DNA of 64,000 bases from Methanotrichaceae archaeon (GCA_963813075.1 CAWEXU010000010.1:32001-96000), one strand, 5' to 3'. Shown: positions 22,554 to 33,238, counted from the stretch's first letter. Translations and numbers: made by a program. The notes: a model not told the origin generated them from the letters alone.

Positions 22554-23108
22554 ATGAGCGGGAAGACCAGGATACTTGCACTCTCCGATACTCATCTGGG
22601 GGACGATGACCGGCTCCCTGGTGCGGTGGTCGAGCTGGCAAGCGAGGCGGATATAATCCTTCATGCCGGGGACTTCGTCTCCGTTGGGGCCTATTCCGCC
22701 CTGAAGGATCTGGGAAGGCTGGTGGCGGTGAGGGGAAACTCCGACTCTCCTCCACTCAAAAAACTCCTGCCGGAAAGAGAAGTGATCGATGTCGATGGAG
22801 TGAAAATAGGCATCGTTCATATGGCCTCGCATGGCGCAGATCTGGTGGGCGCGGAGATGATGGCCAGGGAGATGGACTGTGAGGTCCTGGTCTTCGGCCA
22901 TATCCACCGTCCTCTTATTGAGAAGTCGAGGAGGCTTCTAATCTGTCCCGGGAGCACGACCCTGCCCCGGATGTCAGCGCCTTCGGTGGCGGAACTCGTG
23001 GTTATTGAGGGCACTGTACAGGGGAGAATCATCCCCATCGGAAGCCCAGCCTGCAATTATCTGAAGTATGCGGAGACGCTGGGAAAAAAGAAGTCAGAAG
23101 AGGGATGA
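22554..23108 (+). CDS. YfcE/MJ0936 (Vps29-like) metallophosphoesterase
   Basis: SDTH, HAGD, GNSD, FGHIH and PGS motifs. Confidence 0.9.
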   Translation: MSGKTRILALSDTHLGDDDRLPGAVVELASEADIILHAGDFVSVGAYSALKDLGRLVAVRGNSDSPPLKKLLPEREVIDVDGVKIGIVHMASHGADLVGAEMMAREMDCEVLVFGHIHRPLIEKSRRLLICPGSTTLPRMSAPSVAELVVIEGTVQGRIIPIGSPACNYLKYAETLGKKKSEEG

Positions 23109-23111
23109 TCT

Positions 23112-23552
23112 TCAGGACTCAATTATGATAAAATCCTCGGGACTGGCCACAAGCCAGACCTCTTTTGCTCCATGTCCCTTAAAGTCTCCTGGCGCGGTAT
23201 CCTCAATGTAGGTGTATAAAGGCCATCCCTTATAGGCGGTCTGTTTCACGTCGTCTGCCCTTATGGCATCAGCGAAGTCGGAGGCGTTCAGGCCTTCTGG
23301 GACAGTGATATTTTCCGCATAGAAAGCAGGCCAGGCGTCAAGACAATCCCCTGAGCAAGTACTGTTGCCGTCTCCTGGATCACTTAAGAAGTAATAGAGG
23401 GTAAAACCCGTCTCGTTGACCATAAATGTCCCGATAGAATCGTTACTGGCCAGGTTCACTGCATACTCATCTGTCTCTTCTGCCGCAACAGTTAGACCGG
23501 ACAGCATTGAAATGGCCAGCAACAGGATGCTCGTTCTTAGTCTGATTGACAA
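23112..23552 (-). CDS. Secreted COG4315/Lipoprotein_15 repeat protein (copy 1)
   Basis: Signal peptide; G.TLY...D, C.GDC...WP.F and Q..YKGWPLY motifs. Confidence 0.85.
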   Translation of the reverse strand: MSIRLRTSILLLAISMLSGLTVAAEETDEYAVNLASNDSIGTFMVNETGFTLYYFLSDPGDGNSTCSGDCLDAWPAFYAENITVPEGLNASDFADAIRADDVKQTAYKGWPLYTYIEDTAPGDFKGHGAKEVWLVASPEDFIIIES

Positions 23553-23699
23553 TAAAATCACCTTCAAGGTGTCCTCCTGCAAAAGCCTTAAAGCTTTCGA
23601 TAGTGCGAAATAAAATATTTGTAAAAATATGACCTTTTCAAGTCAAAAAGTTCTTAAAGCATATAGTTCCTTATCATAAATTGAAGGAAGTAGATTTAG

Positions 23700-24059
23700 A
23701 TGTCCGCCTGTGAACACAATCTATCCGGCAGCCGAGAAAAAATATGGTTGCCGTACTACTTTGAAGGCAGAGAGCGAGGTCTGAAACCCCATCCCTATTG
23801 CACCGAATGCGGCCTGATCAAAAACCTTTCTTCTGAACGGCTCAGAAGTATAGGCTTTTTCATGAACCTGATTGCCGATCTTGGGCAGCGCCATAAGATT
23901 GCCAAGACCCAGGTCAGGCTAATTGCTCTGGAGATGGAACGGCTCCGTCTAGATGACAATTTTGGAATGGATCGGCAGCAACAAGAGGATCTGTTTGTGG
24001 ATATCGCAGTTAAGATCCTCAATGTGCCGCCAAGATCGGTATTAGAACTATTAATATAA
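23700..24059 (+). CDS. Hypothetical protein with CxH / CxxC motifs
   Basis: 119-aa ORF; upstream AT-rich promoter-like region. Confidence 0.7.
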   Translation: MSACEHNLSGSREKIWLPYYFEGRERGLKPHPYCTECGLIKNLSSERLRSIGFFMNLIADLGQRHKIAKTQVRLIALEMERLRLDDNFGMDRQQQEDLFVDIAVKILNVPPRSVLELLI

Positions 24060-24273
24060 ATTAATTTGATCTTTGGTATACCACGTAGAAAAAAACATAA
24101 TGTATAATTCTGACCGACATCCTTATAGCTTGAGCAATGCCACGTGCTACCACTTACCACAATAGTCCTTCCTGCGAACCGAGGAAGTATTGTGGCTGTG
24201 CGGGCTAGAGCCTCAGGCTATGGCCAGCAATAGGATTCAGAATTAAGCTACAGCAACATGGTTGGTGTTATGC

Positions 24274-24462
24274 ATGCTCGGCATTGAGGATCCTTGGATC
24301 TGGGGGGTCTATCTTCTCAGCATTCTAAGCACGCTCTTGTGCGTGATCTATGGAATCATTTATTGGAATAGAGGCGGTGAGAGGGAGGCAGAGGAGATCG
24401 TAGAGGAAGCCGCCTGGGAATCGAATGAGGAAGAGATGGAAGAGAAAGAGCTTGGGTTGTGA
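24274..24462 (+). CDS. Symporter small accessory membrane protein
   Basis: MLGIEDPWIW..Y.L.I..LLCVIYGI..WN; overlaps the SSS gene. Confidence 0.85.
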   Translation: MLGIEDPWIWGVYLLSILSTLLCVIYGIIYWNRGGEREAEEIVEEAAWESNEEEMEEKELGL

Positions 24463-26054
24463 CGGGAATGAATCTGCTTTTATTCAATGTTATCATATTG
24501 ATTTATCTTCTGGTCACTCTCTATTTAGGCTATCGCGGCTGGAAAGGCACCAAAGACACAGAGGGCTATCTGGTAGCAGGAAGGAAGGCCCATCCTTATA
24601 TCATGGCCATGAGCTATGGTGCCACATTCATCAGCACCTCGGCCATAGTCGGGTTTGGCGGTAACGCAGGACTTTTCGGCATGGGCCTGCTCTGGCTTAC
24701 GTTCTTCAATATCTTTGTCGGCATTTTCATAGCCTTTGTCATCTATGGCAAGAGGACCAGAAGAATGGGCCACAACCTCGGTGCCATGACCTTCCCGGAG
24801 CTATTGGGAAAGAGATTCGACAGCCGGTTTATCCAGTATTTCAGCGGGCTGGTCATCTTCCTTGGAATGCCCCTTTATGCATCAGTGGTCCTGATAGGAG
24901 CAGCACGCTTCATGGAGACCACTTTAGCCATAGACTTCCATGTGGCCCTGTTCATATATTCTATTATAATCGCGGCTTATGTTATCTGGGGAGGGCTTCG
25001 GGGGGTTATGTATACTGATGCCTTCCAGGGTACCATCATGTTCGTTGGCATGGCATTTCTGCTGTTTATGACCTACACCCATCTGGGAGGGATAACCGCT
25101 GCCCACCAGGCTCTCACCAATATGGCCCATCTGGTTCCTGAAAATCTCGCTCAGATGGGGCATGTGGGCTGGACGGAAATGCCAACCTTAGGCAGCAGCT
25201 GGTGGTGGACACTGGTCTCCACCATTGTGCTCGGGGTGGGAATAGGGGTTTTAGCCATGCCCCAGCTCGCTGTCCGGTTCATGACCGTCAAGTCCAGCAA
25301 GGAGCTGCACCGGGGAACGCTGATCGGAGGCATATTCATTCTTTTCATGACCGGGGTGGCCTTCACTGTCGGTGCCCTCTCCAATGTCTTCTTTTTCCAA
25401 AGACAGGGCGATATTGCCATAAATGTAGCAAAGGGCAATGCCGACAGCATCATACCCATTTACATCAATGCGGCAATGCCTGAATGGTTTGTATACCTTT
25501 TCATGCTCACCCTCCTGGCGGCAGCGATGTCCACATCCAGTTCCCAGTTTCATACCCAGGGAAGCGCCATTGGCAGGGATATTTATGAGACGATCAGCCA
25601 TAAGAAGGGTGGGGGCTCAATAATGGTCACCAGAGCAGGAATAATTGTGGCCATGATAATCGCCGTCACCCTGGGCTACATTCTCCCCGATAATATCATC
25701 GCTCGCGGCACCGCGATCTTCTTTGGGCTGTGCGCATCCGCATTCCTTCCCATGTACACCACTGCTCTTTACTGGAAGGGAGCTACCAGGGCAGGAGCAA
25801 TTGCCGGCCTGTTGACGGGGACATTTGTTACCGTTTTCTGGTATCTATTTGTTCATAAGGCAGAGGCAGTGCCGCTGGGAATAAGCAAGATGCTCCTGGG
25901 CAGGGATCTGCTGGTGGCCCAGATGCCCTGGCCGGTGGTGGACCCGATCCTGGTCGCTTTGCCCCTGGCAATGATCGCCACCATTGTGGTGAGCCTCTTC
26001 ACAAAGAGGATCGACAAAGGGCACCTGGAGGAATGCTTCAAGGGAATGAAATGA
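24459..26054 (+). CDS. Sodium:solute symporter family transporter
   Basis: 531 aa polytopic; YLVAGR, GGLRGVMYTD, AAAMST. Confidence 0.92.
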   Translation: MTGMNLLLFNVIILIYLLVTLYLGYRGWKGTKDTEGYLVAGRKAHPYIMAMSYGATFISTSAIVGFGGNAGLFGMGLLWLTFFNIFVGIFIAFVIYGKRTRRMGHNLGAMTFPELLGKRFDSRFIQYFSGLVIFLGMPLYASVVLIGAARFMETTLAIDFHVALFIYSIIIAAYVIWGGLRGVMYTDAFQGTIMFVGMAFLLFMTYTHLGGITAAHQALTNMAHLVPENLAQMGHVGWTEMPTLGSSWWWTLVSTIVLGVGIGVLAMPQLAVRFMTVKSSKELHRGTLIGGIFILFMTGVAFTVGALSNVFFFQRQGDIAINVAKGNADSIIPIYINAAMPEWFVYLFMLTLLAAAMSTSSSQFHTQGSAIGRDIYETISHKKGGGSIMVTRAGIIVAMIIAVTLGYILPDNIIARGTAIFFGLCASAFLPMYTTALYWKGATRAGAIAGLLTGTFVTVFWYLFVHKAEAVPLGISKMLLGRDLLVAQMPWPVVDPILVALPLAMIATIVVSLFTKRIDKGHLEECFKGMK

Positions 26055-26140
26055 AGTCCAGGCAATTACTATTTTTTTATTCATTTTATCCAGGAGAAAG
26101 CTATAAACCTAATTCAAGAGTCTCTGGCCGCGAGGATACT

Positions 26141-26563
26141 ATGATAATTAAGATCAGGACAGCAGCATTCTTGATTGTGCTATTTTTGGCCTTCTTGGTG
26201 CCGGTTTTTGCGGAGATGAGCGAGTATCAGAGAGGGGTGGCCAATGGATTGAAGATCGGGCTATTCATGGGAGAATACTATGGAAGAGGGCAGTATGTGA
26301 CAGACTATTCCGGGCAGTATAATACCTATCTGGATAGCTATAACCAGTTCCTCTGGGCCTCGTTTGGCGATAACAGGACGCTGATAAACGAGTTTACCCG
26401 CTATCCTATCCCTGCCCCGGTAAGATCATCCAGCACCGGGGTATTGAAGCCCGATGCCAGCGGAAGAATCCTTGGCTATCCAGCCGATTCGTATTATACC
26501 TGGATTGGAGCGGTGCCGGGGACAGCACCAGAGAACCCAGGAAATGCCCTGCCGGGAGTATAG
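26141..26563 (+). CDS. Secreted hypothetical protein
   Basis: Signal peptide-like N-terminus; GAGG upstream of ATG. Confidence 0.65.
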   Translation: MIIKIRTAAFLIVLFLAFLVPVFAEMSEYQRGVANGLKIGLFMGEYYGRGQYVTDYSGQYNTYLDSYNQFLWASFGDNRTLINEFTRYPIPAPVRSSSTGVLKPDASGRILGYPADSYYTWIGAVPGTAPENPGNALPGV

Positions 26564-26570
26564 AGCACCT

Positions 26571-27715
26571 TTAGACTAATACCTCTTCCATCGGCCTTCT
26601 GGGAGTGAGCTCATTGGCGGGCCCAACATCATCCAGGCAGAAGATCTGCTGAACAAATGAGTCATTTAAAAGTCCTTTTGCCTCGGATTCCGTCTCCACA
26701 GCCTGCAGCGCCCGGTTCATGGGCTGAAGGCTCAACCCAGCAGATATGGCTGAGAGCCTGAAGCGCTCGTACACCCGCCCGGCCCTGAGCTGAGACTGAA
26801 GATCATTTTTCTCGCTGGTGACAAATCCCAGATATAGAGAGCTATTGATGGTCTCTTTATCCTTTTTTATCTGGCCGGGGACGCTGTCCATGAATGCCAC
26901 CTTTATCTGCTCGACCTTGGCCTGGACTCCTGTCGGCCCCATGGCTCCTCGGGAGAGCCAGTGGCCCAGCTCGCTCTTAAAGGTGACATTAGAGTATAGT
27001 GATCGGTCTGCCTCCTCTGTCAGATCGAGAAGTCTCTTTTTGGTCAGAGGATCGTCGGAGAGAAAGATGCCGATATCCTGATCCGTGTTGAGGGCCATGA
27101 GGTCCACGAGGTCCATGATGGCTTCGATATCCCTCAGCTCGGCTTTTTGCACAATCTGGCCATCAGATGCCTCAAGGCTCGCGGTTACTGCTATTTGTCG
27201 AGGTGATGGCAGAAAAGAGGCGTGGGTCCATTGAGCTTATAGCACCGGGCTGCAATGAGACTCTGGCCACGGGATGATACGATTCCGGAAGGTCCGATTT
27301 TAGGAAATCTGATTCGGACAGGTCCGATTCCGTAAGGTAGCTGACTGTGCTATTGTAGCCGAAATGGTCTGCTGCTACGATCAGGTTTTCAAGCGCTCCG
27401 CCAATGCTGATATACATATCTCTCTTATTGCTGTCCGCGATCTTCGAGCCATCGGGATTCATCAGCAAAGATCAGGATCTTGTCTCCGGAGACATTGAAA
27501 CTCCAGGGCTGGGTGTTGTAGATGGAAGGGGCCAGTATGGCATAATTGAGCAGGAAGGTTCCCTTCTCCTCTGAGCTGCCATTATCAGGAAAGTCGTTCT
27601 CCTCGACGCTCCATACCTCAAAGGATCCTTTGGGCTGCCAGATAATTCCTGGCAGCAGCATTCCCACCATCAAAAACAGGCTTATTAATACTACTCTGGT
27701 TGCAGACATCCCCAT
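26571..27715 (-). pseudogene. Acg-family nitroreductase-like gene in three fragments
   Basis: AILAPSIYNTQPW.F, ISIGGALENL and AGRVYER...TPRRP in different frames. Confidence 0.7.
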
Positions 27716-27838
27716 TTTTCAAGCCTCATAACTGAATTCTCTATTCAGGCCATTGTGAAGCCAGAGAAATATAGCCTGCGGTAGGATAGGCTGCGGCGGG
27801 ATCGGCTGAGGTGGGATGTAGCCTGCTATCGGGAGGCC

Positions 27839-28045
27839 CTAAAAGGCTCTTATTCTACTGTGATCTGCTGGCATCATTTCTATGTTCCTGTGCAGGTCGT
27901 ATTCAAGCTCACAGCTCTCTATCACTGAGATCTCATGATCTATCTGTTCAGTTTCGGCCATGCATCGCTCTAATTGCTTAAGCAGTGCCGATCTGCGTTT
28001 GAGCAAAGCGGTCTTTTGGAGTGAGAGGTCATCTAACATAGACAT
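27839..28045 (-). CDS. Small coiled-coil hypothetical protein
   Basis: 68 aa; GGAGGA upstream. Confidence 0.55.
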   Translation of the reverse strand: MSMLDDLSLQKTALLKRRSALLKQLERCMAETEQIDHEISVIESCELEYDLHRNIEMMPADHSRIRAF

Positions 28046-28305
28046 TTTCGTCTTCCTCCATTTGAATACATTTCAGCTAATATCTATCACTATTAATTGT
28101 TATGTATAAGCATAAAAGCATTTCGGTCTCAGAACGAATTCCCCCGGATCGCTGGGGAAGACTATATCCGGTTACAGGATCATATTCTTTCTAAACGCAT
28201 CTATATCGGAAGAAATTCGGATATAGTATCAAGCCTTTTGCCCCTGAAGCAAGTCTGCAATTTGGCTTTCTGCATAATGGCCCGGGCATTTGATGATATG
28301 AGGAG

Positions 28306-28983
28306 ATGAAGATGGTACACCCAAGCAAATTCAGCGCAATTAACCTATTGCCCAAGCTAAATCTGGATACGGAGAAATGGAACCGAATACCTGAGGAGCA
28401 GGTCATTGCATCAACCGTAAAAGCCATCGAAGAGAGGGGCATTCAGGTGGAGCGACTGGCAGATGGAAACCAGGCTCTGGCCAGGATCAGGGAGTTGATT
28501 CCTCCCGGATCGGAGGTTATGAATGGCTCATCGACCACCCTCATCGAGATTGGCTTTCAGGAGCTAATGGACAGCGGCAAGCACGAATGGAAGGATCTGA
28601 AGCTGGCGGTGACAGGAGAGGACGATGCTCAGAAGAGAGCCAGGATCAGGCGAAAGACCGTCACCTCCGATTACTTCCTCTCCGGAGTGAATGCCATTGC
28701 CCAGACCGGGGAGCTGGTGGCCTGTGATGCTACCGGGAGCAGAGTAGGCGCCTGGCCTTATGGCGCCGGGAAGCTGCTGCTGGTGGCAGGAGCGAATAAG
28801 ATCGTACCCACCCTGGATGATGCTCTGCGCCGCATATGGGAGTACACCTTTCCCCTGGAGGATGTTCGATCCCAGAATGTTTATGGGGTCCCGAGCAAGA
28901 TTGGAAAATGCGTCATCCTCGCCAATGAGTCCCAGCCTGGCCGGGTCACGCTGCTTTTGATAGATGAAAGCTATGGGTATTAA
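28306..28983 (+). CDS. LUD domain (LutC/YkgG-like) protein
   Basis: GSSTTL.EIG, FLSGVNAI..TGEL, GANKIV; C-terminal E.YGY. Confidence 0.85.
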   Translation: MKMVHPSKFSAINLLPKLNLDTEKWNRIPEEQVIASTVKAIEERGIQVERLADGNQALARIRELIPPGSEVMNGSSTTLIEIGFQELMDSGKHEWKDLKLAVTGEDDAQKRARIRRKTVTSDYFLSGVNAIAQTGELVACDATGSRVGAWPYGAGKLLLVAGANKIVPTLDDALRRIWEYTFPLEDVRSQNVYGVPSKIGKCVILANESQPGRVTLLLIDESYGY

Positions 28984-29048
28984 TCTTTAATATATAGTAA
29001 TTGAATAAAGTTAATCTAAAAAAAGCGATTATGATAGTCTTGCCCCTC

Positions 29049-30224
29049 TCACTTCGTCGAGACTATCTTTATCACGTCCCCGTCCTTCAGCTCGTGCTTC
29101 TCCCCCAGCCTCATCTTGGTCCTGGCATCGATGGCAAAGAGGAAGCTCTCGCCGATATCCGAGTGCACCCGGAAGGCCAGGTCCCGGGCGGTGCTCCCCC
29201 GCTTCATCAGGAAGGCGTCGGGCAAAATGACTCCCTTGCGGTCGGTGAACTTGCTCTCATCCTCCACCGGATAGAGGACGATGTAGTCCAACAGCTCGAA
29301 TATCGCCCGGTTGATGCACTCCTGCACCCCGGTCCCGCCGTACTCCTTCATCAAGGCCCTGATCTTCTCCAGGCCCGCCTTCTGGGCGGGGCTGAGTTCG
29401 CCCTTGATCTGGAAATCCGGGTCCCCAGGCCGGTAGCTGATCAGGCCCGCCTTCTCCGCCATCCGCAGAGCGATCTCCGCTGCTCCGCTGACCGGTATCA
29501 CCATCTCGTCCTTGAGGGCAAGGAGCTTTTTCACGTTCTCCGGCGGAGCGACATCCATCTTATTGGCCGCCAGGATCATGGGCTTGCTGTACCTGCGCAA
29601 AAGAATGGCGAAATTCTTCACGTCCTCCTCATTCCAGGCTCCCAGGTCCTTTTTCATCTCGGTCAGGGCGCGACGGATGTGGCTGTCAGAGACCCCCGCC
29701 CCCGCCATCTGCTCGATTAAGACCTGGTCCGGCTTGCCCCCCAATGCCCGGAAGTTCCTCATCAACTTTTCCCAGTTGCGGTTGATGATGCCATTGAGCC
29801 ACATGCTGATCTCGTACTCCAGGAATTTTACATCCGATACGGGATCGTAGTTGCCCGTGCCCACCGGGTTTCCTTCGGCGTCTGTGCCGCCGGAGGCGTC
29901 CAGCACATGAATGACTGCCTCCGCCACCCGCAGGGCATCCAAAAACTCATTGCCCAGGCCCTTGCCGAGGTGTGCATCCGGCACCAGGCCGGCAACGTCG
30001 ATCAGCTCGATGGCGATGAAGCGCACCCCATCCTTGCATCTCCCGCAGCCCTTCTCAATGCCCAGCTCCTTGCATGGGCAGGGGACGCGCACATAGGAGA
30101 CGCCGTGGTTGGCGTCAATGGTGGTGAATGGATAGTTGGCTATATCCACCTCTACCAGGGTCGCAGCCTTGAAAAAGGTGGATTTGCCAGAGTTCGGCTT
30201 TCCAGCCAGCCCGACTGAGAGCAT
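29049..30224 (-). CDS. ychF: Archaeal YchF/Obg-like ATPase
   Basis: GKPNSGKST, YPFTTI, DVAGLV, NKMD; C-terminal TGS domain. Confidence 0.92.
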   Translation of the reverse strand: MLSVGLAGKPNSGKSTFFKAATLVEVDIANYPFTTIDANHGVSYVRVPCPCKELGIEKGCGRCKDGVRFIAIELIDVAGLVPDAHLGKGLGNEFLDALRVAEAVIHVLDASGGTDAEGNPVGTGNYDPVSDVKFLEYEISMWLNGIINRNWEKLMRNFRALGGKPDQVLIEQMAGAGVSDSHIRRALTEMKKDLGAWNEEDVKNFAILLRRYSKPMILAANKMDVAPPENVKKLLALKDEMVIPVSGAAEIALRMAEKAGLISYRPGDPDFQIKGELSPAQKAGLEKIRALMKEYGGTGVQECINRAIFELLDYIVLYPVEDESKFTDRKGVILPDAFLMKRGSTARDLAFRVHSDIGESFLFAIDARTKMRLGEKHELKDGDVIKIVSTK

Positions 30225-30242
30225 GTAAGTCAGAGTTCCCGC

Positions 30243-31334
30243 TCAGCGAGAGATGTTCTTGACATTCATCTCGACTGACTTGGCCTCAAACCGGGCTTCT
30301 TTATTCCCGGCGAGCTTGCCCGCCAGGGCCAGCCCCTTCTCCGAGACTGCTTTCTCCTGCAGGGCACCTGCAGCCAGGGCACCGGAGTAAAGCTTCTCCC
30401 CCTTGTCCGTCCGGGTGAGAACAGTCGACCAGCCGTCACCCGATCCCACGCTGCCCACGGATATGTCTGCCAGCTCGCTGGCAAAGTCAAAGCACGGCCC
30501 GCATCCCTTGAAGTTGTACTGGTCCGTCTCCTCCAGCTTCACCTCATTGACCTTGCCCTGCTTATCGATCACCCGGAACATGCCCTTCTTGATCTCAAAG
30601 CGTGCTACATCTTTGGGATCCAGGCCGAACCTGCCCTTCACCAGGCCGTTCATGAGCAGCTCGTAGTCGAAGTTCTCCATGCAGAACAGGCCAACGAGAA
30701 GAGCGATCTTATCCTGGCCGAACTGGTAGGGCTCCTCGATCAGCTGAACCTTTCTCAGCCCCTGAATCTGGCAGGGCGTCCCCACAAAGCCGATCTTCTC
30801 GAATCCCATATTCATGGCCTCGGCCAGGGCGTTGACGCTGTTGTTTATGGTGTACTTGGTGCCGGCAGCGGACTTGATCTCCTCCGCGCTGGTAACAACC
30901 CGGGATACCGTCCTCCACTCCTCATCCTTGTCGGTGATGATGGCGCAGTCGATCATCCCCGACTCCAGGGCATAAACGAGCAGAGCAGTGGCCACACCGC
31001 CATCCTGAGCAATACCTTCGCGGGATACGGCCTGAGCGGAGACCGCTTTTTTGTATATGCCCAGCTTCTCCTCCGGTTTCCGGGTTCTTCCGAAGAGCTT
31101 TGACTCCATCTGGCCCATATCCAGGAAGTTTCTGGGGCAGTAGGTGAAGCACAGGCCGCAGTGGGGGTCGTACATCACCAGCTCTGGCCTGTCCTCCACA
31201 TGCTCAATCCTGGGGCAGAGGGCCTCGCAGGTGCCACAGCGGCAGCATATATCTGATTTTATGACCTTGTATTCCAGCTCTCCGAAACCACATTCCAGGT
31301 AAGTGGGCTCTGCAATCTTCTCCTTAGCGGCCAT
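30243..31334 (-). CDS. Stand-alone FrhB/FpoF-family F420-dependent oxidoreductase subunit with N-terminal ferredoxin
   Basis: CCRCGTCEALCP, QDGGVAT, AGTKY, GTPCQ, GLFCMENF, ADISVGSVGS. Confidence 0.88.
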   Translation of the reverse strand: MAAKEKIAEPTYLECGFGELEYKVIKSDICCRCGTCEALCPRIEHVEDRPELVMYDPHCGLCFTYCPRNFLDMGQMESKLFGRTRKPEEKLGIYKKAVSAQAVSREGIAQDGGVATALLVYALESGMIDCAIITDKDEEWRTVSRVVTSAEEIKSAAGTKYTINNSVNALAEAMNMGFEKIGFVGTPCQIQGLRKVQLIEEPYQFGQDKIALLVGLFCMENFDYELLMNGLVKGRFGLDPKDVARFEIKKGMFRVIDKQGKVNEVKLEETDQYNFKGCGPCFDFASELADISVGSVGSGDGWSTVLTRTDKGEKLYSGALAAGALQEKAVSEKGLALAGKLAGNKEARFEAKSVEMNVKNISR

Positions 31335-31411
31335 GATCATAATCTCCAAAAGTTAGTGGCCTAAATCACCTCCCGACCTAAAGCTTTTATGGTTCGAATG
31401 AGGTTTGCTCG

Positions 31412-32422
31412 TTGATGATCCTGGGTCTGGATATCGGCGGGGCGAACACCAAGGCGGCTAGTGTTGACGGCAAATATGCCAGGAGCGTCTATCTTCCCCT
31501 CTGGAAGAACTCGCCCCTGGAGAAGGTGCTGAAGAGAATCAATGCAGAGCAGAAGCCGGAGGCGGTGGCGGTGGTCATCACCGGAGAGCTTGCCGACTGC
31601 TTTTCCTCTAAAAAAGAGGGATTAGAGAGCATCATGAATGCGGCCTGCCGGGCCTTCTCCTGTCCGGTCTATTTCTGGGGACATGCCGGGTTTGCGAGAA
31701 AGGATGTGACAGATATCATGGCGGCAGATAACATGGATCTCGCTGTCATGGATCTCGCTGCAGCCAACTGGTCCGCATCGGCTGAGCTTCTGGCTCGCGA
31801 GCTAGGCACCTCTCTTTTTGTGGACATGGGCAGCACCACCACCGACCTGATTCCCATTAAGTCAAAGCCCCTGGCAGCGAAGACCGACTTCCTCCGCCTG
31901 GCCTCCGGAGAGCTGGTCTACATGGGCCTATTGCGAACACGTCTCGATTCCATTCTGCCCGTGGCCAGAATCAGAGGACATCATGTGCCGCTTGCCCCGG
32001 AGCTGTTCGCCATCATCGCCGATGCTCATCTTGCATTGGGGCATATAGATCAGGATCGGTATTCCTGCGATACAGCAGACGGAAAAGACCGGGGTCGCTC
32101 TTCATCCCTCCGCCGGCTGGCCCGTTCGGTCTGCGCCGACCTGGAGGAGATTGGGGAACGCGGTGCCATGGCCATAGCGGAGCAGGCCTGCACCGAGCAG
32201 AAGAGAATTCTTGTTTCGGCCATGGAGAGGCAGGCAGAGAGGCACGGCCTGGAAAGGGTGGCGGCAGCGGGAATCGGAGAGTGGCTGGTTGCCGAGGCGG
32301 CAATGACCCTGGGCTTGGAGTGCATTCTGCTCTCAGAATTGTATGGCAGCACGATCTCTGATGTCTTCCCCGCTTATGCTGCTGCGAGGCTGCTGGAGAC
32401 GGATCCGGTCTATCTTCATTAG
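31412..32422 (+). CDS. mfnF: H4MPT/methanofuran pathway protein (hydantoinase-A-like)
   Basis: GLDIGGANTK, TGELADCF, AAANW, DMGSTTTDLIP, GELVY.G..RT. Confidence 0.8.
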   Translation: MMILGLDIGGANTKAASVDGKYARSVYLPLWKNSPLEKVLKRINAEQKPEAVAVVITGELADCFSSKKEGLESIMNAACRAFSCPVYFWGHAGFARKDVTDIMAADNMDLAVMDLAAANWSASAELLARELGTSLFVDMGSTTTDLIPIKSKPLAAKTDFLRLASGELVYMGLLRTRLDSILPVARIRGHHVPLAPELFAIIADAHLALGHIDQDRYSCDTADGKDRGRSSSLRRLARSVCADLEEIGERGAMAIAEQACTEQKRILVSAMERQAERHGLERVAAAGIGEWLVAEAAMTLGLECILLSELYGSTISDVFPAYAAARLLETDPVYLH

Positions 32423-32434
32423 AGGCTTTGAGGC

Positions 32435-33238
32435 TCAGGTTTGATTTTCCGCGGAAAAGTCCCACATGACCTCGAATCCCTGGTAGGGAAGTATCTCTGC
32501 ATTGAATTCGAAGATGATTTCATTCGATTCCTCTATCAGCTTCATCTGATCAAGGATATCCTGTTCGCAGTGGTGATTGATCTTCACCTTGAATACGTTT
32601 TTCCATCCGGTTTGGTTTTTTATTCTGACCCGAAAATTCTCCGAAAGATCCTGAACCGTCCAAATCATGCGGTCAGAAAGTCGATAGTAGTCAACAGAGC
32701 GAAACTCGAAGGCGTTCTTATCACCTGGCTGAAGATCATATGTCTTTCGAAACACATGTTTTCCGCTCTCAAAGGATACATATCTGGCCAACGACGGCCC
32801 TTCAAGCTTCGTTCCGTCGGGTTCGAGAACAAGAATGAAGCCGCTTCGATGTATATCTGAAGCAGGCGAGGTGTCAGTGAACATTGATATGCGGTGAGGA
32901 CGGGTATAGTGTCGCGTATTTCGCAAATAGTAGAGGTGTCGTTTTTCAAGTTTGACTCTATCGTCCTGATAAGTAAAAGTTAGCTCTGCTTCCTGGTTCG
33001 TTCGCATGAACTCGGTCTTTTGCGCCAGAGCCTCGACGATTGAGCTGATAGGAATGCTTCCGAGTTGGCGGGTAAGAATCCAATTGACTATCGCCGTGGC
33101 AAGAATGGAGCCGCCGATGCCCGCCAATGGCGTTCCGAGCACGGGCTCGAGCGTGGGATAGTTGAGCAGGAGGAGTCCAACAAGCATGATAATCAGTCCA
33201 ATGCCGCCGACGATGAGATTCAACGAGGATGTATTCAT
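32435..33238 (-). CDS. Hypothetical protein: two N-terminal TM helices plus beta-rich domain
   Basis: 267 aa; appears lower in GC than neighbours; C-terminal ILPYQGFEVMW. Confidence 0.7.
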   Translation of the reverse strand: MNTSSLNLIVGGIGLIIMLVGLLLLNYPTLEPVLGTPLAGIGGSILATAIVNWILTRQLGSIPISSIVEALAQKTEFMRTNQEAELTFTYQDDRVKLEKRHLYYLRNTRHYTRPHRISMFTDTSPASDIHRSGFILVLEPDGTKLEGPSLARYVSFESGKHVFRKTYDLQPGDKNAFEFRSVDYYRLSDRMIWTVQDLSENFRVRIKNQTGWKNVFKVKINHHCEQDILDQMKLIEESNEIIFEFNAEILPYQGFEVMWDFSAENQT

